Positions 1-14,734 of a DNA stretch of 64,000 nt are shown here, in pieces; within the stretch, counting starts at the first letter, position 1; each line of letters opens with the position of its first letter. Source of the stretch: Bugula neritina (lineage: Eukaryota; Animalia; Bryozoa). Where the stretch lies: assembly GCA_964035545.1 (NCBI GenBank), contig OZ037766.1, positions 6,066,722 to 6,130,721 of the forward strand, in the 5' to 3' direction. Made by a program: the position numbers and the translations under genes. The notes beneath the pieces are model-generated. The model was not told where the DNA came from and did no database searches. It was given only the letters and a program-made list of their open reading frames with translations.

Positions 1-12
1 CAAATTACTTAC

Positions 13-1979
13 TTTTTCTATGGAGACAGCAACAGAAACAGGAACTGATAAAGGAATTGATGATGGAAACACATCTTGGTATCGTACAACGTGGCAGGTA
101 GTATATCATGACTGAAACTAAGTAATAGATGCAAGGTAATAAATAGTTAAGAGTTTTATAGATTTGTTTCAATGAAGTTTTACTGACAGCAACAACTTAG
201 GCTGTGCAGTATATTATATGGTACACTCACCAATACAAAACAATGCAAAATTCCCTGCTAAAGATATAAAAAATGGTATCTTGTATGGGTGATCTGTAGA
301 CTCCCCTTCTGCCTGGTAACTTATCTTTTCCTTAGACATATGTTTGTCATCAGAATTTTGTGCCGGCGTGGTCTTCTGAGATTTGGATGAATTTGGTGGA
401 CTCGTGGTTATAAGAGTGTCTTCACATGCTTCCAAAAAGTCTACAATTAGTTTATCTTATTAATATTGAAGATAACAATTTAGCATTATTGATTAAAGTA
501 GCACAAGAGTCATTTTGAATGGATGCTTTTATAACATTGTTACAATACTTTGTTGGAGAACAGTAGAAATGCTAAGAGCACCTCTAGATACTAGGCCTCA
601 GTTAATTTTTTATCTTCTAATATAGTGGAAAAGAGGTAGCAGAAGTACATGCTATAGAAGCTGTAAGCATTTGCCATTTTTGTCACGACGTTAATTGCAC
701 TGGCTCATATCTCATTATCTGCTGAGTGTGCTTTATATTTGGATGTAGTTTGTATAGTTACTGCGAGTAAGCCAGCCATTGAAACATTGAATGAAAGTTT
801 ACTGTATTTTTTCTGGTGTAGCAAATGTTGTCTTTGTGCACTTTCCATAAACTAAAGATGACAGACCAAAAATAAAGCTACAATTAAAACCTCTGCATCT
901 ATCTCACAGGGATCAAATCAAATGCCATTAATTTTGTTCCAGTGAAACTCTTATAGAACATAATTTGTAGACCTGTAATAGTTTCTTGCAACTGATCCTA
1001 ATTGTAAAATATTCAGTATACTGAGCTACTAGGTATAGTACTCTGTAGTAATGACTAGTTGAACAGGTTATATGGTGAACAAGTCTGGTGTACTCACTTC
1101 CACAGTACCCTCGGCACTGGCCTGATTTCACATTTTTCTTGCACAAAATGTAGCATGACTTTTTGCTCTTTGCCTCCCCATACAAACAACAGTTGGTTTC
1201 GAAGTCCCCAGATGTAGAATTGATTGACTTGCATTCCAGACTCGTGTATCTACATGGAACAGGTTCTGCTTTTATCTGTAGCATCAATGAAGCTGTCAAC
1301 ACCAGTGGCAGCATCAGCTCTATCAGAGTTTTCTACAAATTTAATGCTTTTAAAATTATATGAGCCTCTTAAGTAAACGGTTAAAGTTAAAATATTTATT
1401 TACACTTTTAATTGCCCTTCAGAGCAGTTTTACATATTCAGCGTTCCCAATTCATTTTAAGCTACTTATAGTAGATGAATAAGATTGGGACTATAACCCA
1501 CACTGGAAAATGACTAAGCGTTCTTTGAGAAAACTATAGAGCCTCTTAAATTCTACTTGAATTGGGTCATCTTACATTACCCAGCCTTGATAATTATTAT
1601 TATTATTATTATAGAGTTAAAAAATTGGATATGCCACTAGCTCCATAAGCTAACATTGATTTATCTGATTGAAGCATCATATAGTATGGTCAACTAATTC
1701 AGTTGGGTTTCTAATAAAATATACAGTGGAACTTTAAGCTGCAACCCATCAGACATGTGATCTAAGATGGAGAATATTGACTGAATAAAGAACTCAATCT
1801 ACTAAGTCAAATTTGTTTGATCAGTTTGACAGGGATTATTATTCAACAGATTATTTCACAAGATCTAGCTTTAGTTTAAAATAGCATAATATTATATTTA
1901 TACTGCTTCGGACCTCTTCCTACATTACTTATGCGTATAAATAGTTTAAACTTACCCTGGATACCATGGCGGTCTGCAT
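13..1979 (-). CDS. Cys-rich type I membrane receptor-like gene, paralog 1 (3' end runs off the left window edge)
   Basis: Exons (minus): 1979/1967-1956 (MQTAMVSR|GTAAG), 1332-1098 (signal peptide + CRD ...KSCYILCKKNVKSGQCRGYCG), 440-231 (NFLEAC, S/T stalk, TM start IPFFISLAGNFALFCI), 117-13 (VSVMIYYL...SCFCCCLHRK|GTAAG). All junctions are GT-AG and in frame. Confidence 0.75.
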
Positions 1980-4900
1980 GCGGCTTGTCAGCTAAGAGGT
2001 TAACGATGCAATGAGTATGGCGCTCTATCTAATAATTATTCCATGAGCGCAGGGAAATTTTAATGCGCAATAAAAGACAAATGCCCGGTTAATCTTACTA
2101 TAATATGCGCATGTTAATTCGGCACTTTATTGGACGCGCAAATAAACGTGATAATCCATTGAATGCAAAATGAGTTACAAGCACGAAAATAATATTGTTT
2201 TAAAATTTTGGTGTAAGCTAAGGCTGAGCTTATACTGAGGCAGTTCTAAGTTTAACTTCCGAATGCATTTCAAGTTTCAAATTGGACAGCAGCCTTTTTT
2301 CTAGCTAATGTTGTAATTATAGGAATTCGTAATATTATAGGTCTATAACAAAAAAATCAAATATAGATTGTTCTACTTTTATAATACATACTATGGAATA
2401 TCTTAAAGTCGGTTAGTGGTAAAGATAGCAGCTATGTTCAATCATAATAAGTGCAGATATGGCCATACAGAGTGTTTTAGTGGGACAATTGGGCCATATT
2501 TTGGAATGTTTTTCTTCCAATTTGTCATCTTTATACAATACTAAAACTAGCTTCATTTTAAAGAAACACAACGCATAAATGACAAAATTGCAGGTATTGT
2601 AGCGGACAGCCAAATCTAACCAATTTATTCAACGTTGCATTCTCTCGACAACGCTCAATACTTGCTATTAAGGAAAACGTTTGAAAGACTAACGCGCCAA
2701 ACTTCAAGCCGATTTCTAATGGTTTTTACATTTTGGATTACTTGTTCCATAGACTAAATGTGATAAAATAACCCAAATATAACCCCTCTCCCCTCCTGTG
2801 CTAAGTGAGGCGTTCAACAAATATAGAATAACATAGAGTAAGTTCCAAAAGCAGAAGTACACCAGCCATACACATTGTACATCCTTAGAGCTATATAACG
2901 CAGGGTGAAGGGCTGTTAAAGTTTACCAGTAGTGTACTATGCAAAATGTCTAGTTCTATAATAATCACAATTATATAATCAGTAGAAAACTGGCTGAATC
3001 AGCTGGCAATATAGGACCATTTTACTGCAACCATTACAAAGTCTAAGGCTTATAAGGTTATATTAGGTATTACTAGCTTTCAGCGTTACTAAAAACTAGC
3101 CAAATAACTAGCTGTGCTTTTTAGTAACTGGGTTATATAAGAGGCTTTATTTTGTAACAACGCTATATTATAGACTAAAACAATGAAGACAAAGACGCAG
3201 GTGTGCGCCTATAATTTGCTTTTATACTTTTCTTTTAAGCTTTTCTTCTATATAAAGTAGTGCAATAGCTTACAAATAACATATTTGCATTTATGGCATT
3301 CATATATCATGAAAAAATGTTGCAAATATGACAAGACGTGCATCAGCAAAAAACTAGACTCTATACTCTATAGAGTTTAGAGCATATACCATCTTGGACC
3401 GCCTGTGGTAGTTATAACTTTTGGGTGGCCCTCCCTCTCCCATAAATTTTTTGTAGAAATGCTAATCTTCTCTGGCAATATTTGTTAATGTGTTAATTTA
3501 GATGCAATATTATAGGTTGCAGACCAAAGTATTATTCCAATTAATTCTTATACGTCAAAATTTGACTGTGTAGTTCATGTGATGTAGCAAGTAGGCATTT
3601 GCTGTCAATGAATTAAACTGAGACATGCACTGGGCTATCTTTAAACCTCCTAACAGCTTCATTGACTCTCCTCTCTTTTATGATTAAGTGACAACTTACT
3701 GATTTTATTATCATTACTAAAAAAGTAGACAGGTCTACAATTCAGTCAATAAAGACTAATGAGTACGGAAAATGCTTTGTCAGTTGTCTTTGCTTATTTA
3801 TTGTTATATTTCCATGCACCTATATGGGCTATGACTATGCGGTTGTACGTCAGATTTTACATTCATGTTATTGTTGAATTTTACACAAATATAATTACTT
3901 GAGTCTTGAAAATGCTGGGGGGGAAGCATCCAGTAATATCGTAAAATTATAAATCTAGCATAGTATGTTAACTACATGTTGCTTAATCTCAATCTTAGCT
4001 ATAGCTATATTTCTTATATAAGAACGAAGTATGGAGATAAATATTTTACCAAGTGTAGTGAGTCTTTAAATTTAGTCTTTTTTCAAAACTTTGCATGGGC
4101 ATACATTGGGGACAAAAATGTCTGGCCTGTTTAGCATGTTTTAAGTTGAATTGAAAAGTTTATAGCTACAAGTTGAAATTAAAGCGGTATATGAGAAAGT
4201 TAGTGATTGCTTTCATGTAATATATTATTGTAATGGCTGTGGGAAGTGTATACCCCCCAACCTCCCATGTATTAAGTACCTGCAATGGAAGTCGTGATAG
4301 TATAGGATATTATAAAGTTCCAAAAGACGATAACTCTGTTAGCGCTGCTGCAATCCCATGTGGCACCACACCACTCATTGGGGGGGGGACACTGGCAGAA
4401 CCCCCCACCGGCCAATCAGAGCCAACCCTTCAGATATAAACCGCACCTTCCGGCGCCCATCTTTAGTCAGAGGATAACTGTCAGATAGACTAGGATAATA
4501 TTGTGTAACTGTTCTATAAGTACATTCTTTTGTAATTACTGATACTTTATTTGTATACAATTAGACATAAATATATCTCTTTGATGAGCACTATCTACTT
4601 CGGTCTCTCTCGAACCTGGTCTCTCTCGAACCTCGTAGGGGATATGCAGCAGTAATTCTTGTATACAATAATACCCCACACTAGTAGTGCACAAAACTAC
4701 AACAATATTTATGCAGTCCACCTTTATTAGTTAACTATCAGCTTTTATCTAAGTTGTAGATTGTCATTGCTTAATGCCCAATAACAGAAACTTGCCAATT
4801 AAAATTTACATTGTTACTTAGAAAAAAGTTAAAATCACTCAAAACAAAAAATTTTATTTTATTTTATTTTCAGATTCAGTAAATTATATATCTTCATCAG

Positions 4901-5788
4901 AAAAATTCATGGAATGTAAACTGAAATGAAGTAGCTCAGTTGTCGATATAATACTGCAAAATATTAGCTAATATGGCGACTTTAGACAAGTGTAAACATT
5001 GTTTTCTCACTTAGTTTTCTATGAGAAAGTTGGAGAGTTGAGCTCAGTTCGAGAACATTCTTTATCAGAAGCTTTAAGTTAGGTTACTCAGTGAATACGC
5101 AAATAATCTGTTAAAGATGCACGATATGCTATAGCACGCTGATAGTGTGATATAGCCAGTAACCTAAGTAACACGGAGCTAATAATAGGCTAACTCAGTG
5201 GTGATGGCTCAACATAGCAAGCGGTAGCTTCCGTTTTCTGTAATACACTTATAGAATCTAATTTCATCACCTTGTCCCAGTTTTTAACTGTTATGAATAA
5301 GCTGCACTATGTATTTAACAAATTTGTTTAACTTGATAGCAATGAGGTCTCTATTTTAGTTCTTAAATGCTTCGCGTAAATTATTGCAATAGAATGCTAG
5401 CTGGTTTGTTCAGAGTTTGATAGTGGACAGGCTTATCTTTAATTCCTTTTATAAAAAGTGTGTAAGGAGTTTGAATTGAAAAATATTTAACAAGTGTGTT
5501 TGAAATGAAGTCCTTTGAGTTTTAAATAGCATTTAATTTTATTATCAAATTTATTAGTTGAGACTAGCATTTTGAATAGACACCATGATGTGTATAATGG
5601 AGCAAAAAATTATAAGAAAAGCAAGTAATACCAAAATTAAATAGCATTGCATACTATCATGGACCAACATTTCTTTAAAACAAGATGCAGTTATTTGGTT
5701 ACAATATTCTTTAGCACAAAATATGAAGAGGTTGATGTAAATGACTAGGAGATTTGAGATTACGCTTTGAACCAGGTGTTCGTTTGTT

Positions 5789-7861
5789 TCAAGCTGTGAT
5801 TATATTTCTCTGAGTATTATCCTCTGGCTGAGAAATAAGGTGGTCCATTTCCAATTCTTGTTGAGATTCACCCTCTACACCAAATAGAAAATAGTACAGT
5901 TATACAATAACCCAGAGCTGTATAACATGACATGTATCATGTATGCATGCATTGCGCAATAATGTATCTGCCGCATGGACTTTGCACAAATTACATGATA
6001 GCTCATTTTATAATGGATTTAGTCATTCACCTTTTTAAGTTTAAATCAGCAGTTTGTTAGTTGTGAACATTTGGAATATTCCTGAATGCTGAATGGTGTA
6101 AAATATGTTTTGTGCTTCAATTTTACTATCTCATCTCCGAGTGAGTGAGTGAGTGAGTGAGTGAGTGAGTGAGTGAGTGAGTGGGTGGGTGGGTGGGTGA
6201 GTGAGTGAGTGAGTGAGTGAGTGAGTGAGTGAGTGAGTGAGTGAGTGAGTGAGTGAGTGAGTGAGTGAGTGAGTGAATAAAATATCTTTTTTCAAATAAA
6301 TTATTTTAATAGATGGATACCAGCTGCCAAATTTTAATGAGCTAGCCTCATATACTGATATACTAGTTACGAAGGCTTCTGTTAAACACATTGATTGCAC
6401 AGTGACTGTGAGCCAGGCTACAACTTTTCTAGGCTAGTAGGTAACTAATCTAATCACTTACTGCTGAGATCTTCATCTGCTACAGCTCTTGGTTCAGTTA
6501 AATTCTCATCTCCATTACCTGACTCATCTGTAATATAAAACAAATTGTGAGTCTCAACAATGATGCACCGATTTTCTATTTGCCCTGCAGTTGCTCATCA
6601 GGCCTTTTACAAAAGTTGCTGGCAATACAAGATATAATTATAGGCTATCCATAGAAAAATGGGAAGTGTTTTTAGAAAAATATGACTAGAAAAATATACT
6701 CATATTATATGTCTTTGTTACAAACATTAATTAGTACGACCTTACAGTATTCAGTGATGCCCTGTTTGTCTCTTTTCAATTCACAGGGTAGCTCTGGGTA
6801 GTATCCATTTAATTTTAACTGCTAGGCTATCACTAGCATTACATTGACTAGTGTTTTTTTCCAGGGTTTTGTAGTCATTTGGAAAGCTGTTATCAGCGGA
6901 TAATAGATGTTATTTCATTATGTTTTAACAATCTAAAGATTAACTTACCATCTTGGTTGAGTTGACTAGGGCTTCCACTACAAAACTCTACAATAATTCA
7001 ACAAGAAATAATTAAATTACATTCGAATACAGCAGAGTACTTGGGATATATATCCTCACCTATCTCCGCTCTGTCTTGTTCGGGTAACGGGACTTGTGAT
7101 ATATATCTTAGGCTCTTAGCTAGAATAAATTTTATCAAATTTTCTCAGCAACAGTATTAGCTTAAGTTACTATTACGCATAACTTACTTTGTTTTAGTTC
7201 ATTTCTGTTAAACCAGCAGATCACTCCAATAAGTGCAATTGCAAGTAGGATACACACTGGAATCAGTGCAGCAGTACAGATGGGAATGTCTATTGGGTGA
7301 AAGCCAGTTCTATCGCGACCAGAAATATAGCTCTTCGTACTTCTGTTATCCAGGTGTGACTTAGAGTTAACAGTTTTATGATAATCTGCATTGTTTGCAA
7401 CATTTAACGGTGTAACAGTTGAAGAGTTTCTACTTTCGGCTTCTAGAGCTTCATAATATTCTACAACAACGGAAAGGAACATTTTTAGACTACTTGATAA
7501 TCAGTTTCAGCAATGTTGCTGTGGAGCAAAATTTATAAGGAAAAGCTGCTCAATATTACTACGTAGACTTCTACTCACTAGAACAATAATCTTTGCAAAC
7601 ATTATTATTAGGTTTTTGAGTCCCACATTTCACGAAACAGGAAAAGGCTGTGTCATCCATTTTCACGCCACATGCTTTGTCAAAGTCAGAGTGAGTCCGT
7701 AGTTTTGTATTTTGGCATAGTTTATTTGTCCACAGCTTCCAGTCTTCTGGTGGACTAGAAACTTCATCTGGGTCTTCTATTATGTCAAAAGGATAGCTGT
7801 AGAGGACCAAAGGAAGCTGTGTCCAACATAATAGGACTAGATAGTATGAACTTTTCCTCAT
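5789..7861 (-). CDS. Cys-rich type I membrane receptor-like gene, paralog 2
   Basis: Exons: 7861-7579 (signal peptide MRKSSYYLVLLCW..., CRD), 7460-7188 (KYYEAL, stalk, TM ICTAALIPVCILLAIALIGVICWF), 7119-7060, ~6977-6949, 6818-6746, 6527-6462, 5874-5789 (KGESQQELEMDHLISQ...IITA*). The first two exons are solid; the small tail exons are less certain. Probable 5'UTR exon ends at a GTAAG donor near 8458. Confidence 0.75.
6138..6276. repeat. (GAGT)n tetranucleotide microsatellite with a GGGT interruption (intron of paralog 2)
   Basis: Directly visible; explains the spurious THSL-repeat ORF 6131-6400. Confidence 0.97.
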
Positions 7862-9209
7862 GTTCTTCGTAATCTATACATAAAATTATTAGTTGTTTCG
7901 ATCACAATGTATAGTTGCTATAATGAGTTTAGGTAAAATCTCTCTTAATAACAAATAATAACAATAGCAAGTGCTGGCAGCAGCAAATATATTAATAGTA
8001 ATTCTGTAGAAACCTTAAGAAGTCTCCAAAAGAAAGATTTTTAAGTATATATTAATCTAGTGTATATAGATATAGGCGGCTTAGGCCATATACCTGCTGG
8101 TAAATATTACTATAACTATAAGTATAAGGCATCCACAGTCGAAGCAAAGCCTCGAATGCGAGTTGAATTTTCAGAATGTGAATTTAATCTTATAGTACAC
8201 TGATATAATTGAAACCTAATGAGCAAGTAATAATTTTCCTAAAGATAGAAATGCTTTCTACAAGCTCATCTGCTGAACTGAGCCAGCATCGGGTACAACA
8301 TTTTAAAACTAATAAATTCAGTAAAACACTTTTAAAAACACGCATCTCAAATAAACTTAAAAACGTATGTATTGTCTCATTAAAACACAAAATGTAGCCG
8401 AAAGAGTTTAAACTGTCATTCTTTTCAAAGCAGTGTTTTACAAAGTCGTTACTCTTACCGGTGTTGAGCCGATTCCACAAATATCAAAACCTCAACGAAC
8501 ACTCGCGCAACGCAGCTGGGGACTTATAAAACTTGATTAGTGTTAGCGTAGATATTATATACTATACTGCGATACCCGAAAGTTCTGGATTACCCATTAG
8601 CCAATCACAATGGGTTACGCACTGACGCATGACCGATCATAGTTTCAAAGCACTGCGCATTGAATATGCCCATCAGTTTGCCCATTATAAAAATTTGAGT
8701 TTCTGCTGATAAAAAGCTGCATAGCTACCCGTTTAGGCTAATTTAAATGACAAACTACTTTTAATTAAAGTAGAATACTGAATATAGGCCCACAAGTCAT
8801 TCCCTGACTAGCAAGTAAATCTATTTATTTATTAGATGACTCCGATTTTGCATGTCTGTTTTCATTTCACCTGCACTTTTTAATTCATTTAATTTTTTCG
8901 ATCATCCAAATATAATAGTTTCTTCAATGTATGTTATAGCAAATGGCATTATATAATACATATTGTAAGCCTCAGTCCGAATGTCTTAACGCTTTGGATT
9001 GAGCAACAGCTTATGAAGATAGCTTCAATTCAAATTTTGAGCCTTTCTGGTTCTTTTGTAAGAGAGGTAATTCTTATTTGTTTCTATAGATCATTCTGAG
9101 TCTGAAATCAACATATTCCATATAGCCAGTAAATGTTAAATTTTAGTGAAGGTAAACCAGATTGAAGCATTTTTTCTTATACCTCAAGCTCTCTATAACA
9201 AAAAATGCT

Positions 9210-9876
9210 CTAGACCAGAAAAGGGTGACCAAATTATGCTACATGGCCAAACGTGGCTCACTTGAAATAATCAGTGAAGCTCACTAGATTTCTTCTGCAG
9301 AAGCTATGTGATTGCTAACTTGTATATCTGGAAATTTGGCAAAACACAACATTATGTTCTGACCAAACCTACAGTGACACATATATACAGGTATAGACTT
9401 ACAAATTCATGCAATTGTGTCACATCATCTTGTCTTGCGTGGGTCACATGGTAATGTACACGTACATGTAATTACATCAGTATTTTGTAAGCTAGTAGCT
9501 TCCGGCGGCTATTCTATTGTTCTGTAAATAGATGTATCCATAATAGCTACTATTGTAATCTTATTATCTTATTGTGATTAATATGCCACTATACATTTGC
9601 TTTTATCAAAAACTAACATTCAGAGACTCTACAATGCTAAGCACATGTGGAGGAGCTCGGTCAAATCTTCTGCTATGTTCTCAAACAAGAGAAGGGAAAG
9701 CTGAAAGTTAGAGAATGACAATTATATATGACAGAGACTGCAATGTTACAAAACTTCACTTCACTGAAGACAAGATCTCCGATCATATGTCAAAATTATA
9801 GTTCAATGTATCTGGCTACTTGAATTCTAAAATTTCACCATGCAAGTAGCAAAAAGGTTTGGTCATCCCCACTCTA
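9210..9876. mobile_element. Degenerate TIR-bounded DNA transposon relic (possibly hAT/Charlie-like)
   Basis: Left GGGTGACCAAATTATGCTAC-ATGG matches the reverse complement of the right end CCATGCAAGTAGCAAAAAGGTTTGGTCATCCCC. No TSD resolved. Confidence 0.35.
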
Positions 9877-11951
9877 GGCCACAAAACCTTTCAAAACTTA
9901 CGTTTTTGTATTGTTAATTCAGACCTTTATGTAATCTTATTTTAATTAACAGAGAAGGTACTACATAAATAATTTTGCAAAATATTATCCTTGTAAATCT
10001 TAACATGATTTACATAGAATGGCTGCTCATAAGCTTAGGCCTACCTACACAACAATTATGCAATGTTTACTTCAGCTGCTGATTCATTTGTCATTGAATA
10101 GTGATTAACAGTTTTGAGTTCAGCAACTGGTACTAAATTTGGAGTAAACATCAAAACAATTACGATCAAAAAACCCCTTATTTTCTTTTTATTGCCTAGT
10201 AAAATTCCATGTATTTCTGTGCAAAATTTTTATTATAAACGATTCAACAATTTGCATAAACAAAGTGCAACTAAAAATTAGAATGTTTGTTTGTTAAACA
10301 ATAATCATAACAGTCCAGTCAGTTGAGTATTTGGTTATGCTATTATCTTTCAGCTTTAGTAATCTGCACAAGTAATTCAAATTCACCTGAAATATCCTGC
10401 TTAAATTACATTTGTATACATTTATGTCAGCACAAAACAGTCACAAGTTTATAAAACTAGTCTTCCATAAGTCAAAAGTTTAAATATTATCAGAAACTTG
10501 AAAATAGTTGCAACTTAACAATTCCATGGGTTTTGAATTGTATTTTGAATAAAGTCATTTATTTACAGATATATTGAGAAAAAATAAATCTTTAGATACA
10601 ATTAAGCGATACTTTGCCTATGAGAAAACACAGATTTAAAACAATAAAATAATATCATCTTGCAGTGTAAAATGCTATGGCAAGGATTCAGGATGCAGGT
10701 GCAGAAATAGAGATATTAAAAATCATATATATGAAAATTTACAAAAATTTGCATATAAGTAGTTTTCTAAAAAATCTTCCTCACCAAACTTAACCACAAT
10801 GCAGATTAAGCTTTTCACGTGACAACTAATGAATTTCAATCTTTCTCTTCATAAACGTTGATTAACATTTTGTATTCACTTGAATGGGTGGGTTGTTGTT
10901 GTGTGCCTCAGATTTCATTATCTCAGTACAATGTTCTTCACATTTACCAGATGTATAGCAGCTAATGCTCAAGACCAAACAGTCTGATGAAATCTAGTTA
11001 GACATTTCATAAGATTGGTGATAAGTAGGCTTTTCAATCAAAGAACATCTTATTCAATGGTTATTTGATATGCCCTATTCCTAACCATTGTTGATGAAAA
11101 CAAGGTAGAGTTTGTTAACTATAGATAAGTGATAATAAAGCTTGGTTCAATATATTATAATACAAAGTACCAAAAAGCATGTGTGCCCAAATGACTAGAG
11201 CTGGTAGTTAGATAAGGAATATGCCTATGTTGCCATGGGCTAATTAGTCAACTCTGCTAGGCTGTTGGTGATGTTGAAATGAGATGCTGGTCACATTAAC
11301 CAAATTATAATTTGTAAGCCAGTTGTCAAGATAACAGTCTGTCTAAAGCCCTAAACCCTTTCCCACCAGAGTGATTGTGATTAAACAGACATGAGTCTTG
11401 CATAATAACTAAATATGTTGACTCAATGACTGAGAATTCTGCAATGTCATTAGTGATAACACTCTCTCTTTTTACCATAAAATAGAGTTATGCAACAAGA
11501 TGTGTTGAAGCAATAGTGACATCTGAGTCATGTGTTTAGTACAAAGTTCAATTACAATGATTGGTTTTAGAAAGAAGTACCTAAAATCTAAATGTTTAAC
11601 CCAGAGTTGCATGTTTACCTGGTTGATTGGTTTTGATAAAATACAGTAAATAGATTAGTTATAAACTATGCTGTTACATCGACCCCCTCTCCCTCCCCAG
11701 TATTGTAGTGTTTATGCTTGTTTTTATTGACCTGTTTCAAGCATGTTCACAGTTAGCTTGATTGTACGCATCAGTTTTACTAGGTAAGGCTAAGACCTGA
11801 CATTAATAACAAAACACTACAATGAAGTTTGTAATTCTATTACGTTGGAATTTATTTTGGTTTATTTTTTATTTTACAATGTCAATATAAATTCTGTTAG
11901 ATTGGAAAATTTGAGCTTGCTGAGATTCCACTCGAAACCGAAGTGTTTGGT

Positions 11952-14734
11952 TTAAACTTTCTCTGCATTCTTCTGCATAGTAATCACTGTAGTTTGGGGA
12001 ATAAAGCTGGTAATCTCTTCTTCTTTATAGTCTTTCTCATCTACATCGTAAAAGCACAGTCACTGCATGACAAGGTTAACAACATTTAGGTGCAGTAGTG
12101 AAAAAAATTTAATAGGAATGCAAAGCCATCTTTTATTTTTAATAAGAACTTTTTGATAAAAACATAAAGTTTTGCTAAATTTATAACCTAGAACATGGCT
12201 TTTCTCCATTTTTGTATCTAATTGCTTCCTGAACACCATTATTATCAGTTTTATTCCAATCTATTAATAAAAACAATATTTTTGTGAACAGACTGAGAAT
12301 GAAATTAATAATAATGGTGGTCCTAAAGGAGATAGGTGCAGTAATGGAGAAATGCAGTGTTTGCTCAAATGTGCCACTAAGTCATAAGACCAAAGGTTTG
12401 CTAGTGAGAATTGTAAACAACCCATGCCTTCCAAATTCCAAACACCTATTTATACAATATAATAAATTACAAAGTTGTTTAATAACCATGATACTAATAT
12501 ATAGATTATTATACTAGATCAATAACAACTTCAGAACCCAGGTGTGTAGCTTGAGCAACTCAGTTAGTCAATTAAAATGATGATGCAATGCTATTATGTA
12601 ACATATACCATATACCTTACTACTTTTCCATCAGCCCTCCCCCCAAACCCCATATTATTAGTGAGTGTAGCTGCCTACTTACCATTGTGTCTTGTAACCG
12701 GAACACCCGTTAATTCATAGTTGCTCTCTTCATCATGCTTGTTTACTGCATCTTGTGCTACAAAAGAACATTCTTTGCAGCATTAAAATAATGAACGTGA
12801 CTTATCTAAATAGTCAAAGTATCTAGGTAAATATTTGTTTGCACAAATTAAAAAATCAACTGATAAACAAGCACCTTACAGTACAAGTTAGTAGTTAGAA
12901 TGACAGAATATCTAATGGCCGCAACAACAATTTTGTTATAGATATGAAAAACTGCATATTACATATTTTTTGCACAGTGTTCCCTCACTGAGCTATATAC
13001 CGCCATAGCCCCAAAACTTCAATTTGGGACATGGCAAATTACCAAATTTAACTCCCACGCAGATCCATCGAATCCAGCGATTTTATCCTTATACATAAGC
13101 CACAACACTGGGAGCCTATGGAGTTAGGGGTCTTATGGAATTCTGTGAGAAAGGGGACTGTGAGATACAGAGGGAACACTGTACTAAATACAAGTTAAGC
13201 AAGAAAGCCATAATTGTTATGAACTACATACTTAGTTATATAATACAGTATGCTGCCTGTGTGTGTGCATTATAGCAGGTAGTTGGATACACTTACGCAA
13301 CTCATGGGGTGTCGTTTCCATTGAAGCCTGTCTGTCTATGACTTGTAGTTGGAGTGGATCATCTCTAGAAGTTTGTTGAGACTTCTCACAGCCTAGATCT
13401 AATATTTCCATTTATCAATCAATACATATTGTTGCACTCATAATTTTTGAAATATAAAAGCTACACCTTCATGTATTTGTTTTAAAATCATGGGTGGGTG
13501 TAAAACAATTTCATTCATAAAGAAGGATAGTAGTATAAGCATAGTTAATCGTATAAGCATTATAGTTAATAGTATAAGCATAGTTAATAATATAAGTATA
13601 TAGTTAATAGTATAAGCATGGTTAATAGTATAAATTACCCACTGCATATATAACACACCTCCCTTATAGTAGACTAGAATAAAGTAATGAAATCAACAAG
13701 CTAATAGTTTGTGGCACAATATTTGCCATTCAAATGATTATGTAAAATTACATAAAAAGTATCAAAAGCAAAATTAATTACTAAGTGCACTTATAGTGCA
13801 GATATTTAATGTGACAAGTCTTGTTCAACATCCTTACTTCAGATAGTTTTGTTATAGCATATTATTCATTTTATTATTAGATCCAGAAATTTGACTTACC
13901 TGGCTTTAATTGGCTCTGTTTTTTACAAAATAACCCTAAAACATAAATATAGAAATTTAGCAACACGATGTAGTGTTATACAGCAACAATTATAAATGAA
14001 ATGTCTGTGTATATTTACAGATCAGGATGAAGCTAAATCTAACTGAACAAATGGCAAGACCAAGAATCCAATGTCAGAGGACAAGTTATTTGCAGCACTC
14101 ACTCTGTTTCAATGTTGAGCACTTGAATCCAAGAACAACTAGTATAACGAGAACAACTATTACAACGAGGGAGATTACTCCATATGATTTGAGTAAGATA
14201 GTCATCAAATCCGTAGTCTGATTGAAGCCCTCGCCTACTCTGTGATTGCCCACCGTACTGTTTGGTATTACTAGTTTCTTTTGCTGGCCAACTTTTTCAG
14301 ACTTGAGTGCTTCCCAGTATTCTATAAAGAGACATCACTCTTGAAGAGAATTAACCAAGAAATAACAGACTATGGTCAAGGTGTTGACTACAGTAATACA
14401 AATTTCATCAAGTTCTATACAAAGTCGATATTTCCTACTAACTTTTGCACTCATCAAGGCAGAGGTTGGATTTTGGAAACTTTCTACATTGCTGTGGACA
14501 AGAAAAAGGAGTCTGCTCGTCTATATATCCACAACTACGAGAAAAGTCTGTGTGATTTTGTAAATCTCTACAATGAGAATGTTTCCATAGTTTCCAGTTT
14601 GCTGGCACCTCTGCTTTGTCCTCGTCAGCTTCAGGTAAAATGGGGAACGGACTCTCAGGCACCTCTGCTGAAGACATTGTCGCACATTCCAACATCAAAG
14701 GAACCACCAGGCAGAATTTTCCAATCTGTACCAT
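11952..14734 (-). CDS. Cys-rich type I membrane receptor-like gene, paralog 3
   Basis: Exons: 14734-14443 (signal peptide + CRD ...FSCPQQCRKFPKSNLCLDECK), 14321-14103 (KYWEAL, stalk, TM YGVISLVVIVVLVILVVLGF), 13935-13900, 13392-13297, 12757-12683, 12040-11952 (DEKDYKEEEITSFIPQ...AEKV*). All introns are phase 1 and GT-AG. A possible extra or alternative exon near 12260-12188 is unresolved. Confidence 0.8.
12975..13181. mobile_element. Tc1/mariner-type MITE (~207 bp), intron of paralog 3
   Basis: TIRs CAGTGTTCCCTC ... GAGGGAACACTG, right flank TA. Related to the element at 31356. Confidence 0.55.
13530..13635. repeat. ~18-21-bp degenerate tandem repeat (AGTATAAGCATAGTTAAT)
   Basis: Five to six visible copies. 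Confidence 0.8.

Noticed and set aside
6131-6400. 89-aa THSL-repeat ORF
   Set aside because: Translation of the (GAGT)n microsatellite.
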